Assembly (NCBI GenBank): GCA_965112735.1
Contig: OZ218955.1
Span: 1,364,001 to 1,428,000 of the forward strand
Length of the DNA stretch: 64,000 nucleotides
Source: Phaeosaccion multiseriatum
Taxonomy: Eukaryota > Protista > Ochrophyta, other classes
Direction of reading: 5' to 3'
Part shown: positions 1 through 15,080 of the stretch, piece by piece
How positions within the stretch are numbered: the stretch's first letter is position 1
Layout of the letters: the number at the start of each line of letters is the position of its first letter
Program-made: the position numbers and the translations under genes
The notes under the pieces: model-generated
What the model was told of the DNA's origin: nothing
Seen by the model: the letters and a program-made list of their open reading frames with translations, nothing else
The model's database searches: none

Positions 1-2345
1 TGGTGGTGGTGGTGGTGGTGGTGGTGGTGGTGGTGGTGGTGGTGGTGGTGGTGGTGGTGGTGGTGGTGGTGGTGGTGGTGGTGGTGGTGGTGGTGGTGGT
101 GGTGGTGGTGGTGGTGGTGGTGGTGGTGGTGGTGGTGGTGGTGGTGGTGGTGGTGGTGGTGGTGGTGGTGGTGGTGGTGGTGGTGGTGGTGGTGGTGGTG
201 GTGGTGGTGGTGGTGGTGGTGGTGGTGGTGGTGGTGGTGGTGGTGGTGGTGGTGGTGGTGGTGGTGGTGAGTGGTGGTGGTGGTGGTGAGTGAGTGGTGG
301 TGGTGAGTGGTGGTGGTGGTGGTGGTGGTGAGTGGTGGGTGGGTGGGTGGTGGTGAGTGAGTGAGTGGTGGTGAGTGAGTGGTGGTGAGTGAGTGAGTGA
401 GTGAGTGAGTTGAGTGAGTGAGTGAGTGAGTGGGTGGGTGAGTGAGTGAGTGAGTGAGTGAGTGAGTGGTGAGTGGTGGTGAGTGAGTGAGTGGTGAGTG
501 GTGAGTGAGTGAGTGAGTGAGTGAGTGAGTGAGTGAGTGAGTGAGTGAGTGAGTGAGTGAGTGAGTGAGTGAGTGAGTGAGTGAGTGAGTGAGTGAGTGA
601 GTGAGTGAGTGAGTGAGTGAGTGAGTGAGTGAGTGAGTGAGTGAGTGAGTGAGTGAGTGAGTGAGTGGTGGTGAGTGAGTGAGTGAGTGAGTGAGTGAGT
701 GAGTGAGTGAGTGGTGGTGGTGAGTGGTGGTGGTGGTGGTGGTGGTGGTGGTGGTGGTGGTGGTGGTGGTGGTGGTGGTGGTGGTGGTGGTGGTGGTGGT
801 GGTGGTGGTGGTGGTGGTGGTGGTGGTGGTGGTGGTGGTGGTGGTGGTGGTGGTGGTGGTGGTGGTGGTGAGTGGGTGGGTGGGTGGTGGTGAGTGAGTG
901 GTGGTGGTGGTGGTGGTGGTGGTGGTGGTGGTGGTGGTGGTGGTGGTGGTGGTGAGTGAGTGAGTGAGTGGTGGGTGGGTGGTGGTGGTGAGTGGTGAGT
1001 GAGTGGTGGTGGTGGTGGTGGGTGGTGGTGGTGGTGGTGAGTGGTGAGTGAGTGGTGAGTGGTGGTGGGTGAGGTGAGTGAGTGGTGAGTGAGTGAGTGA
1101 GTGAGTGAGTGAGTGGTGGTGGTGGTGGTGGTGGTGGTGGTGGTGGTGGTGGTGGTGGTGGTGGTGGTGGTGGTGGTGGTGGTGGTGGTGGTGGTGGTGG
1201 TGGTGGTGGTGGTGGTGGTGGTGGTGGTGGTGGTGGTGGTGGTGGTGGTGGTGGTGGTGGTGGTGGTGGTGGTGGTGGTGGTGGTGGTGGTGGTGGTGGT
1301 GGTGGTGGTGGTGGTGGTGGTGGTGGTGGTGGTGGTGGTGGTGGTGGTGGTGGTGGTGGTGGTGGTGGTGGTGGTGGTGGTGGTGGTGGTGGTGGTGGTG
1401 GTGGTGGTGGTGGTGGTGGTGGTGGTGGTGGTGGTGGTGGTGGTGGTGGTGGTGGTGGTGGTGGTGGTGGTGGTGGTGGTGGTGGTGGTGGTGGTGGTGG
1501 TGGTGGTGGTGAGTGAGTGGTGGTGGTGGTGGTGGTGGTGAGTGAGTGGTGAGTGGTGGTGAGTGAGTGGTGAGTGGTGGTGAGTGAGTGAGTGGTGAGT
1601 GGTGAGTGAGTGGTGGTGGTGGTGAGTGGTGGTGAGTGAGTGGTGGTGGTGGTGGTGGTGGTGGTGGTGGTGGTGGTGGTGGTGGTGGTGGTGGTGGTGG
1701 TGGTGGTGGTGGTGAGTGGTGGTGGTGGTGGTGGTGGTGAGTGAGTGGTGAGTGGTGAGTGGTGAGTGAGTGGTGAGTGAGTGAGTGAGTGAGTGAGTGA
1801 GTGAGTGAGTGAGTGAGTGAGTGAGTGAGTGAGTGAGTGAGTGAGTGAGTGAGTGAGTGAGTGAGTGAGTGAGTGAGTGAGTGAGTGAGTGAGTGAGTGA
1901 GTGAGTGAGTGAGTGAGTGGGTGGGTGGGTGAGTGAGTGAGTGAGTGAGTGAGTGAGTGAGTGAGTGAGTGAGTGAGTGAGTGAGTGAGTGAGTGAGTGA
2001 GTGAGTGAGTGAGTGAGTGAGTGAGTGAGTGAGTGAGTGACTGAGTGAGTGAGTGAGTGAGTGAGTGAGTGAGTGAGTGAGTGAGTGAGTGAGTGAGTGA
2101 GTGAGTGAGTGAGTGAGTGAGTGAGTGACTGAGTGACTGAGTGAGTGAGTGAGTGAGTGAGTGAGTGAGTGACTGAGTGAGTGAGTGAGTGAGTGAGTGA
2201 GTGAGTGAGTGAGTGAGTGAGTGAGTGAGTGAGTGAGTGAGTGAGTGAGTGAGTGAGTGAGTGAGTGAGTGAGTGAGTGAGTGAGTGAGTGAGTGAGTGA
2301 GTGAGTGAGTGAGTGAGTGAGTGAGTGAGTGAGTGAGTGAGTGAG
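1..2345. repeat. Compound microsatellite block (TGG)n/(TGAG)n
   Basis: Directly visible: long perfect (TGG)n at 1-270, 725-870 and 1113-1510, interleaved with (TGAG)n that becomes nearly pure from ~1770 to 2345. Confidence 0.98.
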
Positions 2346-3550
2346 TGGGTAATCTCCGACTGGATGGCACAGCTTCTGCCTGTCATACTTGTGGCCTCTC
2401 TCCCTCTCTCTGCGTCAACCTCAGTACCCTGCGTGAAGCAGTCACTGGCCCCAAGGAGGCCCATACGAGCCCCTGGATCCTGAAGTCTGAATGGAGGGAG
2501 ACACACCCACACACCACCGCCGCTGAAATGAAGCGGGGGTGATGGCAAGTGAGTGTGTGTGACTCAGGTGGGGTGTATACTCTTGTTTCAGCGAGGTTAA
2601 GTAAGCAGTGATGGCAGGAAGTGCTCAGTAGTAAGTATTCTATAAAGAAGAAGAGGAGAGAGAGGAACGTTGCAAAGTCGTGTTCAGTTTCAGTTGATCC
2701 GATCGATTTCAATGGCCTTCAACAAGGCCCTGGTGAGAACGAACAGATCAAACTTCCGCCGCACTCGCTGTGCGTGTGGTTAGGTGCGTGCGTCCGTGCG
2801 TGCGTCCGTGCGTGGGTGCGCGCCCCCTCCCCCCCCCCCGGGGGACTTGTTCCTTCATCCCCGGAGGTGAGGGAAGGAGGATGGACCATTGAGGCGCATC
2901 TACTGCCGTTGCGGCCCGAGGGGGGAGGCCGCACTCACTCGTGGCTGCGGTTGGGGCTTTATTACCAACTCCTTCACTACCGAGTGAGTGGGAGGCCAGA
3001 CAACATAGGCTGCTTGGGCTCTCTCTCTCTCTCACTCCACTCGCTCGTTCGCTGCACTTCATTGTTGCCGCTGCACCTGCTGTTGCTGATGGGACTGCTG
3101 TTTGCTGCTGTATCACCAACTGCTGCTGCTGCCGCTGCTCACTGCCGCTGCTGTATCACCAACTGCTCCACCTGTCCACCTGGAGCTCCTCAGCTCCTCG
3201 AGAAGAATGGCCACTGCGATGAGACGCCGGCTTACTCCTCCTGCCTGCCCGCATGCCGCCTTTTGGCGTGGTGTCTCTGCCTCTATCTGTCTCTAGTCAA
3301 GATCCATCTTCGAGAATACTTTTCGTCATTGTGTAAGTACCATGCCGTAAGACTGCCCCGGAGAGCGAGGAAACGGCAAATTGGGTATCGACAACCCCAC
3401 GCACAAGAAGCTGCTGCCCCCGAAAGGCCGAGCGTGGGAAAGGCCGAGCGCCGCGTGGCCATTGGGCTAAGCGGGAGTCAAGGCCGTTGCCGTGCTACTG
3501 CTTGCAGCGGCTCCACTGCTGCTGCTCTTGCTGCTGCTGCTGCTTCGCTT
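2346..3550 (-). pseudogene. ~1.2 kb dispersed repeat copy 1; probable decayed PIF1-family helicase fragment
   Basis: Alignable by eye with 8691-9955; both start TGGGTAATCTCCGACTGGATGGCACAGC after (TGAG)n. Minus-strand frameshifted peptides LDSRLAQ..HARPFG, ILLEELRSS, EIDRIN, PGARMGLL..QGT occur in PIF1 motif order. The repeat is certain; the helicase identity is inference. Confidence 0.45.
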
Positions 3551-3685
3551 CCCCGAGGTGGGGAGGAGAGCGTCGCAGGGCACGAGGCAGTCGACTGCTG
3601 GGGGAGTGAGGGTTCACAGCAGCCTGCTGACCACGTGTGTAAGAGAGAGAGGACCGTGAGGGGGAGAGAGAGGGGCCGTGTGGGG

Positions 3686-5083
<1,398 letters not shown>

Positions 5084-5376
5084 GAGAGAGTCCAGCACGC
5101 TTCCATTGTAGCTCGAATAGTATTTCTCTTAAATTGAATGTAAGGCGAAGGGCAAGAGTGAGCATGAGGAGGTGCGTGGCCACTGCGGCGCTGAGAGGCG
5201 GATGCAGGACGGTGACGTGACTTCCTCTACTGCTGCGCCTGCTACTCACGCTCCGCCGCCGTAGAGCGGCCCTTCCTGCTGCTCAAGTCACCCTACCACA
5301 GGCCTCGTGCAAGCGAGCACACGCGTCACTTTCTCTCCTCTCCAAGTCACCCCCGCCCCCCGATTAGGCCCTTGCT

Positions 5377-7042
5377 TCAGCTCATTTCCTCCCCCATGCT
5401 CTCCCACACGTCGCTGCCGATGCTCCAGGGCCTCTCTAGCGGCGGAATCCCCCTCTCCCTATCGAAGGTCGGGTCGGTCCTTCGCATCAGGTCCAGTGCG
5501 CTTTGGGATCGGAAGAAGGCCGCTGCTGCGTCTCTGAGCCGCTGCTCAATCTCGGGGCCGAGTTGATGTCTCCGTGCCACAGTCAAGGCCTTGCCCACCG
5601 AGGCATCGGCCGCGAGGAGCTGCCGCGGAGTGCCATGGTGGCCATAGCAGATGGCGAGAAGCAGTGGGGTGGCGCCGTTCGTTTTCTGGGCATCGATCGG
5701 GGATCCGGCAGAGATGAGACGAGCGACGACGGCCTCGTGTCCTTCTTGAGCAGCAAGGTGGAGGGGTATTGTACCGTTGTTGGTCGCTGTCTCCACCTTT
5801 GCTCCCGTAGAAAGAAGCTGCTCCACCACGGCGTCGTGACCTTCTTGAGCGGCCATGGGCAGAGGAGTGGCGCCCACGAGGTCAGACGCGAATACGTCCG
5901 CCCCTGCAGCCAAAAGTACCTTCACCACGGCCAAGCGTCCTCTGAGAGCAGCGTTCATGAGAGGAGTACAGCCCTCATCGTCCCTGGCCTCCACGTAGGC
6001 ATGCTCATCGAGAAGCTGCTGCACGATGGACGCATGCCCGTACTCCGAGGCTGCGCAAAGCGGAGTCACGCCTTGGTCATCAGCCTTTTCGATGTTGGCG
6101 TTGGCCCCAATGAGCTTCTGTACCACACCCCCATGCCCTTTTTGGGACGCCATGATGAGTGGAGTCACTCCGAGATGGTCGGCTTTGTCCACATCCGCGT
6201 CCGCTGCAATGAGCTTGTGCACCACACTCCCATGGCCGTTTTGGGACGCCACAAAGAGTGGAGTTGCTCCGTGATGGTGGGGTCTGTCCACATCCGCGTC
6301 CGCTGCAATGAGCTGCTCTACGATGGAGGTGTGCCCACAAAGAGAAGCCTCCCATATCGGAGTCGTTCCCTCCGCATCGGCAATATTGACATCGGCGCCC
6401 AACGAGATTAGCTGTTGCACTGTCGTGGGGTGCCCACAGCAGGCAGCCGCATTCAAAGGCGTTACATCCCCGGCATTGGCTTGGTCAACGGCGGCTCCGA
6501 TGTCCAACAGCCGTCTCACCACCTCGTTGTGTCCTTTCGCTACAGCCAATAGAAGTGGCGTGGTCCCACACGCTCTCCTCCCAACGCTAAACGAGGCCCC
6601 TTCCTGCAGGAGGAGGTTCAGGACATCCAGCCGACCGCATGACGCAGACAACATCATAGCGGTCAAACCCCCCTCGTTGATAGGCTGATCCAAGCTCGCT
6701 TTACCGTGCTTTGAGACAAGCTGCCTCACCCGCGCATTCACACTGGAGGTGCTTCCCATCCCTGTGATGGCCTGACAGAGTCGACGCGCCTGCCATGGAG
6801 TGTGCAAAGCGTTGAGAAAGATAGGCAATGAGAACGACACGCAAGGTGGGATTGGACCAGGCTGGGCTCGGCCGGGCGGAGGGGAAACCATCGATTCAAG
6901 AACCTAAGCCGAACACTCCGTCTCCCTTTGAGAGACTCACTCCTGCTGGCATCTCTCGCATCATCCGCCTTATTCCTACTACACACCACAGAGAGAGCCC
7001 CTGCTGTGCCCTTACCTCCGGTGGGATGGCCTGCTGCGCCAT
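5377..7042 (-). CDS. Ankyrin-repeat protein (~11 repeats)
   Basis: Repeated G-TPL--A---GH--VV--L---GA units. Proposed exons 7042-7016 (MAQQAIPPE|GTAAG) and 6789-5377 (CAG|ARRLCQAITG...) join in phase 0. Confidence 0.88.
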
Positions 7043-7162
7043 GGCAAGCTGAGTGGGAGCGGCAGCTCTTCGTCGCTCGCCCCCCCGCCTCCACCCTTCT
7101 GAGACGGACCGCAGTGCTGAGACAAGAGAGAGGGGTTCTCTTTCAAACGCGTTGTTACCCAG

Positions 7163-7535
7163 TCACTCACTCTGCCTATCTTGGCCCTTGCCCTTTCTCT
7201 CTGTGCAATGAGGCCAAAGCAGCGCTAAGCTAGGTGAGAGCGGGGGGGGAACCAAGCCGGCCCCTTCCTGCCTCAAGACAAGCCACGCCCCACTACTAGC
7301 GAAGAGGAAGGAGGGCCCGCTCAACACCGTGTCACGCTCACTCACTCTGCCTATCGCGGCCCTTGCCCTTACTCTCTGTGTAATGAGGCCAACGCAGCGC
7401 TAAGCTAGGTGAGAGCGGGGGGGGGGGCTAAGCCGTTCCCTTCCTGACTCAAGACAAAATCCCTCCTCCTCCAGGCGTGCCCCACAACAAGCGAAGAGGA
7501 AGGAGGGCTCTCTCAACAGCTTGACACGCTCTGCC
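7163..7535. repeat. Degenerate tandem duplication, ~180-195 bp unit x2, upstream of the ankyrin gene
   Basis: CACTCACTCTGCCTATC..GGCCCTTGCCCTT..AATGAGGCCAA.GCAGCGCTAAGCTAGGTGAGAGCGGGG..GCGAAGAGGAAGGAGGGC occurs at ~7164 and ~7339. Confidence 0.85.
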
Positions 7536-8321
7536 TGCCGGTGCTTCCCTTCATTGGTTTCACGCCTATACAAAAATGCAAAAATGAAGAGGCGTGAGAG
7601 ACATGGAGCCGAGAATATGTCAATGGCCCAGGCGTATGCAGCCCATTTCTTGCTTTCCTCCTGGGGTGGGTGCAGGCCGCGACTTATCACACCGGCATGT
7701 TCTCCTCTATCGAGTACATGTTCAAGCAGAACTCCATCACCCGCGTTGGACACGAGAGCTCGGAGTACTTCATCCCCCCGCACAACATCGCCAGGACCTT
7801 CCGCAAGGATGCCACCCTCCCCCGGGGCGCCCACGCCGGAGCCCGCGACCCAGCCTTCGCCCACACGGGCATATCTGGTGTCCGTGTGGCGCAAATTTAA
7901 GACCGTCCTACCGATGTTGTTGGTCAGGGTTGGATCTAGCACCGGGGGCGGCAGCGGCTTCTAGCTAGACACGCAAGGAGCGGCACGACGCCAACACCTA
8001 CACGACCGAGAGCATGTTCGCCTCACCACCTTCGCCATCGAGACCCACACGGACGACTCGGCGCACAGGCGCAGTCACCCCTACACGCCCTCGCTGAGCA
8101 CATAGTCTCCCGAACGGGCCGCACCGGCTCCTCCACCACCAAGGGCCACGTCATGACAAGGCTTCGCCGTCTCGTCAGCTGCAGCCACCAGATGCGGCTC
8201 TCGGAGCGAGAGCGCGCCTTCCTGGAACGGCTCAATCGCGGCGCCGGACCAGCGCTCCACCCCCCCCGACCAGGCGGTGGAGTAACAGGCCCCTCGTGGA
8301 CCCCAGAGACAAGCACCCGCA

Positions 8322-8354
<33 letters not shown>

Positions 8355-8429
8355 TCAGTTTCTTAGGTGATTCCTATTCAGTCAATAAAGAATCTCTCTC
8401 CTGGGTGCTGGTAGCCTTCCCTGGGTGCC

Positions 8430-8690
8430 GTGAGTGAGTGAGTGAGTGAGTGAGTGAGTGAGTGAGTGAGTGAGTGAGTGAGTGAGTGAGTGAGTGAGTG
8501 AGTGAGTGAGTGAGTGAGTGAGTGAGTGAGTGAGTGAGTGAGTGAGTGAGTGAGTGAGTGAGTGAGTGAGTGAGTGAGTGAGTGAGTGAGTGAGTGGGTG
8601 AGTGAGTGAGTGAGTGAGTGAGTGAGTGAGTGAGTGAGTGAGTGAGTGAGTGAGTGCGTGAGTGAGCGAGTGGGTGAGTGAGTGAGTGAG
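8430..8690. repeat. (TGAG)n array
   Basis: Directly visible; immediately precedes repeat copy 2. Confidence 0.95.
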
Positions 8691-9481
8691 TGGGTAATCT
8701 CCGACTGGATGGCACAGCTGCGGCCTGTCATACTTGTGACCTCTCCCTCCCTCGCTCTGCGTCAACCTCAGTACCCTGCGTGAAGCAGCCACCAGCCCAG
8801 AGGAGGCCCATACGAGCCCCTGGATCCTGGAGTCTGAATGAAGTGAGACACACCCCAGTTGAAATAATGCGGGGGTGATGACAAGGACTGACTCCCTCGC
8901 TGTTGCGCCCATGCTCTTGTTTCAGAAAGGTTAAGTAAGCAGTTCCGGCAGGTACGGTTAAGTAGTAAGTATTATACAAAGTTCTACTACGGCTACACTG
9001 TAGCCTAAGATGCCGATGCCGCTGCACAGTCGCGCAGGTTCAGTTTTAGTTGATCCGATCGATTTCAATGGCCTTCAACAAGGCCCTGGCCTCGTTGAGG
9101 GACGAACAGACCGAACTTCCGCCGCACTCTCTGTGTGTGAGTGGCTGGGTGCGTACTGGTGTGCGTGCGTGCGTGCGTGGGTGCGTGCGTGGGTGCGCCC
9201 TCCCCTCCCCCGGGGGGATTAGCTCCTTCATCCCCGGAGGTTGAAGGAAGGAAAACAAGGGGCGCATCTACTGCCGTTGCGGCCCGAGGGGGGAGGCTGC
9301 ACTCACTCGTGGCTGCGGGTGGGGCTGTATTACCAACTCCTTCACTGCCGAGTGAGTGGGAGGCCAGGCAGCAAGTCGGCTGCTTGGGCTCTCTCTCTCT
9401 CTCGTCCACTCGCTCGTTCGCTGCGCTTCCTTGCGGCCGCTGCATCTGCTGATGGGACTGCTGCTTGCTGGTGTATCACCA

Positions 9482-9519
<38 letters not shown>

Positions 9520-9955
9520 GGCTGCTCATTGGGGGTCGCAATCCCCGACGAAGTATATTGCTGCTGCGGCTGCTGTATCACCAACGGCTCCACCTGGAGC
9601 TCCTCAGCTCCTCGAGAAGACTGGCCATTGAGTGGCGATGAGACGCCGCCTTACTCCTCCTGCCTGCCTGCATGCCGCCTTTTGGGTGGTGTCTCTGCCT
9701 TTATCTGTCTCTGGACAAGATCGATCTTCGAGAATGCTTTCGTCAATGTCAAAGAACCAAGCTGTATGACTGCCCCTCCCCCCTTGGAGATCGAGGAAAT
9801 GGCAACTTGGGTATCGACAACCCCACGCACAAGAAGCTGCTGCCCCCGAAAGGCCGAGTGTGGGAAAGGCCGAGCGCCGCGCGACATTGGGCTAAGCGGG
9901 GGTCAAGGCCGTTGCCGTGCTACTGCTTGCCGCGGCTCCGCTGCTGCTGCTTCGC
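8691..9955 (-). pseudogene. ~1.2 kb dispersed repeat copy 2; probable decayed PIF1-family helicase fragment
   Basis: Minus-strand peptides LDPRLAQCRAALGLSHTRPFGGSSFLCVG (~9907-9821), AFSKIDLVQRQIKAE (~9737-9693), MASLLEELRSS (~9628-9596), EIDRIN (~9066-9049), PGARMGLLW..QGT (~8822-8770), in several frames with stops. Confidence 0.45.
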
Positions 9956-10094
9956 ATTCCCCCTCTCCTTTCCCTCTGTACTCGACTCCGCCTCTCCTAT
10001 CCAGCCCCCCCCTCACCACTCTGCCCGAGGTGCCAGGGGGAGCCGAAGGGTGTGAGGGGGCTACATAAAACCGTCCCCCCCCTTGACTAACCTA

Positions 10095-10550
10095 CTAACC
10101 CCCGCCCCCTGCTGTATCTGTATCACTAACTGCTGCATCACCAGCACCACCCCCAACACCACCAAGTGCTGCTGCCTCCCTGTCCTTTTCTGCTGCCGTC
10201 CCTGCCCGCTGCCGATCGGCCTCCTTGGACTGACGTTCCCAATTGGCGTAGTTGGCTTCCATGGTGTCCACCCACTTGCTTTCCTTGCAGTAGTCGCTAA
10301 AGACCGTCACCAGAGGCCTCACTACGAAGGTGATGAAGTCGCATTGGGACTTCGCCAGCTGTGTGGGGAAGGGGGGAGGAGGGAGAGGGAGGAGGGGGAG
10401 AGAGAGCGGAGGTTATCAGTACAGGGTGCCCGGACAGAGGGTCAGGAGAGAGAGAGAGGGATACAGAGAAAGAGAGAAGAGGGTGTCAGGACGGAGACGA
10501 CAGAGGCAAAGAGAGAGATACAGAGAGAGACATATACAGAGAGAGAGAGG

Positions 10551-10587
<37 letters not shown>

Positions 10588-13500
10588 GACGCACCTGGAA
10601 GTCCTGCCTGTCGCACAGAGGGCTGATCGGCAAGTGCATCTCTGCCTCGAGGTCTCCCTGGGCATGAAACTCCTGCACGATGAGCATTGTCCAGCGGGAG
10701 TGCAGCGCCCACGGACGGCACGGGTGGGACACCTGTTGGTGGTGGGGGTATTGGTGGTACGGTAGGGAATACAGTTGTCAGATATCGGTTTGAGGTTCAG
10801 CTTCAGATTCAGATTCAGTTTCTTGCCCTGAGGATAATCAACACATCGATGAAATACCGAGCAACCCCCTCCCCTCATGATTGTCTAAATGAAAGTGTGT
10901 ATACGGGACTCGTTCAATTCACAGGGTCCATTCAGTTTCAGTGTCAGCTTCAGTGTCAGTTTCAGTGGGCGGGTTGATGGCACAGGCCATCCACTTGTAT
11001 CACCAACTTGTATACCACTCACGTCTGCGAGCTTCATGACCATCTGCAGCAGGAGCACCTGCCCCTGCAAGTTTGCCTCCTCGCCCCCTGAGGAGCGCAC
11101 CACTTGGCTGCCACGCCTCTCGCCTCTCTTGTTGCTCTCTGTGAGACGCCATAGAGAGAGAGACACACGCGGACAGCCGTAAGAGAGTGGCCAAAGTGCC
11201 ACAGTGTCCAGAGAAGAGGGAAGAGGCAAGAGAGGAGGGGTCGCACGTCAGAGGATAGAGGTGGGCGCTCACAGATGGTGGTGTGAGCAAGGGGATCAAT
11301 GAAGGTCACGCGAGAGAGAGCGAGAGGCATAGAGAGGGGAAGAGAGAGAAAGGGAGGGGGGGAGAGGGAGAGAGAAGGAGAGAGAGAGAAGAGCATAGAA
11401 CAGAGGGAGAGAGGGAGCATAGAAGAGAGGGAGAGAGGGAGGTGCGTAACATGAGAACGCCGAGCGAAGTAAAAGGTCAAGCAAGCAAGCAAGCTCCTCA
11501 CCTTGCCGAGCCGCTGACGTGGCATAGGCCCCAAACTTGCTGAGGTACTCGAAGCCGTGTGCGAGGTCGGTGGCGAGGATAATCTTGAGCATGAGGCGTC
11601 TCACCAGGTGGTAATGGTCAGGGATGAGGCTACCGAGGACAGCGAACTGCTTCTGATTCAGCACACGGAAGGCCTGTTGTTGGTATCGGTTGAGGGACGT
11701 TGGCGGGCAGGGAGGGAGGGAGGGAGGGAGTGTGGACGTGTGGGTGTAGGGAGTGGAGTGCACCGGAGGGAGAAGGCCAAGGACAAGGACAAGGGGGTGG
11801 CGCGGGGGGGAGAGCGGGTGATTTGCGTGTCAGAAACGAACGAGGCACAGAAAAGCGCCGCGGGGGAAACGACGTCCGTGACCTCACCCTCGCCCTCTTC
11901 CTCCCCCCGACCAACAGAGGGACATAGTGTGCATAGCCCTGTCGAGCCACCGATAATCGTCCGTCCCTCTCCACTTTTCCTCTCCTCCCCTCTCCTCCCC
12001 TCTCCTCTCTTCCTCTCCTCCCCTCTCCATCTTTGGTTGTGCGTTTCTTCCTCTCTTCTCTCCTCTCCCTTATCTCCTTCTCCTCCTCTCCCTCTCCCTC
12101 TATCCCTCTTCCTCTCTCCCTCCTCCGTCCCTCCCTCCCCCACCCCAACTCACTTCTGCCGCGTGCCAGTTCTCCTGCACCGAGTTATCGTTATATGTGA
12201 TGGCCAACGGGTCGTTGGTCTTGACCAAGAAGCCGTTACTGACTCCCTTGTGTTTGAAGTCATGGAAGATGGCTGAAAGCACCAGAGCTAAGCCCTGGAG
12301 AGGGTGTACGCTCTTGCCAACCTGGAGGGAGGGAGGGAGGGAGGGAGGGAGGGAGGGAGGGAGGGAGGGAGGGAGGGAGGGAGGGAGGGAGGGAGGGAGG
12401 GAGGGGGGGAGGGAGGGAGGGAGGGAGGGAGGGAGGGAGGGAGGGAGGGAGGGAGGGAGGGAGGGAGGGAGGGAGGGAGGGAGGGAGGGAGGGAGGGAGG
12501 GAGGGAGGGAGGGAAGGAGGGAGAAGGGGGGTGAGGGGGATGAGGGGGATGAGGGGGATGAGGGTGATGAGGGGGATGAGGGGGATGAGGGGGATGAGGG
12601 GGATGAGGGAATGAATAATTCGTGTGCGGTCTTGCGTGGTCAGAGGGGAGCAGCCAGATACAAAGACGCCTTTTGTACGCGCGTGTGTGTCTGTGTGCGC
12701 GCGCGTGTGTTTATCTCTGCGTGCGTGCTTGTGTGTGTGCGTGTGTGTGTGCGTGTGTGTGTGTGCGTGTGCGGGTGTACGTGCATGTGTGAGTATGTAC
12801 TCACAATTTCGTTCTCGCAGAAGTGGCACACAGTAAGCAGCACATCCGCGGCGTGGAGGGCGGTGTGGTAGGGGTTCTGGGCATCGGGAGGGAGGGTTTG
12901 GTTGAAGACGTAGTTGGCTTGAACGTGCTCGAGCATGGCCGATAGCTGTACAGGGAGGGAGGAGAGGAGGGGGGGGGGGAGTGAGGGGGGTTTAGTTCTG
13001 GCTCACTGGCTGACGGGCTGACTGACTGTTTCACTGGCTGACTGACTGACTGACTGACTGACTAACTCACTGACTCACTGGCAGACTAATTGGCCCACTG
13101 CCTGACTGGATGACTGACTCCCTGACTTCCTAACTTCCTTCCTCCCTTCCCGATTCACCCACTGACTGAGTGGCTCGCTCACTCACTCACTCACTCACTC
13201 ACTGACACACTAACTGACGGACTCACCACCGTAGGCTTGATGGTGAAGACTCCAATGAAGTTGTAAAAGTTGAAGACAGAAAGCCCTGCATACCAAAGCG
13301 CCCGGCCCTTTGACACCTCTTGCAAGGCGAACACATCGAACTCCCAAGAGAGGAAGAAGGTGCCCTCAAATAAAGCATGCACCTATCGCAGTGGGGGTGG
13401 GGGAGGGAGGGAGGGAGGGAGGGAGGGAGGGAGGGAGGGAGGGAGGGAGGGAGGGAGGGAGGGAGGGAGGGAGGGAGGGAGGGAGGGAGGGAGGGAGGGA

Positions 13501-14985
13501 GGGAGGGAGGGAGGGAGGGAGGGAGGGAGGGAGGGAGGGAGGGAGGGAGGGAGGGAGGGAGGGAGGGAGGGAGGGAGGGAGGGAGGGAGGGAGGGAGGGA
13601 GGGAGGGAGGGAGGGAGGGAGGGAGGGAGGGAGGGAGGGAGGGAGGGAGGGAGGGAGGGAGGGAGGGAGGGAGGGAGGGAGGGAGGGAGGGAGGGAGGGA
13701 GGGAGGGAGGGAGGGAGGGAGAGAGGGAGGGAGGGAGAGCCGGAAGTACATGACAGTCTCGAGGTCAGAGCAGAAGCAGCGCTAGCGCCTTCTTGTCTGT
13801 CTGAGCACGGTCGTACTGAAACTCAATGTACGGGGAACAAACAACCCCAATGGCATCGCCCCAGACTACGACTGGCCTGCCCCCATCCACTACCATCCTC
13901 GCGCCCCCCACCACCCCCCCGGGCCCTCTCCCTGCACAGCAACAAGGTCTATTGACGATTCTTCACTAACTCGACACATGTGATGGACGTGACATGGGGA
14001 GAGGGGTACATAAAAGTCTCGCCGCTCCAAGCCAAATCGCGTCATCTCAAGCAAAACAAAACTCAAACCAAAAGTCACAGCACCTCACAACACTCACGAC
14101 TTTGCAACTCACCTCGTTCCTTTGCCGTGGCTCATCTGTTCCGACGCTAACGCTATTCGTCAATCCCGCTCCTCCTCCTCCTCCTCCTCCGTCGCCTCCT
14201 CCCCCTCCTCCGCCTGCTCCTGCTCCTCCTCCTCCTCCTCCTCCTTCTATCCCCTCCCCTCCTTCTGTCCCTTCACCTCCCTCGCCTCTTCCCGAACTAT
14301 CTAATGTCGATCCTCCTCCCTCCTCTGTAGCGCCCAAGAAGTGATGCGAGGCGCTCGGAAGGTAGTCTACGGTGTCCGGTGCTCCTCCCTCGCCCATCCC
14401 TCGAATGGTACTTAGGTTGGCGGATGTGTTGGACCGTTGAAAGTTCCGTTGCGCCTGTAACTGTCGCTCCATTTGAGCGGAAGATATTAAACCGTTGCTA
14501 TCGCCAAGGCCCTCGCTGTCAAGGAAGGCGTCGAAAGGTCCTTCAGCTTTGAACATATTGAGGGTGCGAAGCGCTCGAATGTTTGTCTGTGGAGAAGGGA
14601 TGATGAGAGGGGAAGGGAGGGGAGGGGAGGGGAGGGGAGGGGAGGGGAGGGGAGGGGAGGGGAGGGGAGGGAGAAGGGAGGAGAGGGGAGGAGAGGGGAG
14701 GAGAGGGAAGGAGAGGGGAGGAGAGAGGGGAAGGGAGGGGAGGGGGGGTGAGGAGGAAAGGAGAGGAGAGGAGAGGAGAGGAGAGAAGGACGAGAGGAGA
14801 GGAGAGGGATTAGCTCGGAGAGTCGACTTGATCAACAGCTTTCCCAAGAGGAATGCACGGAGAGAGATAGAGACAGCTCGCTGCCACTGAGAAGCCCTAA
14901 CTGCAAGAGCAGCTCTATCTGCGTCCCAAACACACAACACACCCCCTTACACATACATCACATGCACCCACATTCACACGCAACA

Positions 14986-15080
<95 letters not shown>

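Noticed and set aside
1-2345. Telomere
   Set aside because: No TTAGGG/TTTAGGG-type array; the same TGG/TGAG repeats are common internally.
6757-6759. Intronless, myristoylated (MGSTSS) ankyrin gene
   Set aside because: An upstream exon (7042-7016) with a strong GTAAG donor joins in frame, so this Met is probably internal.
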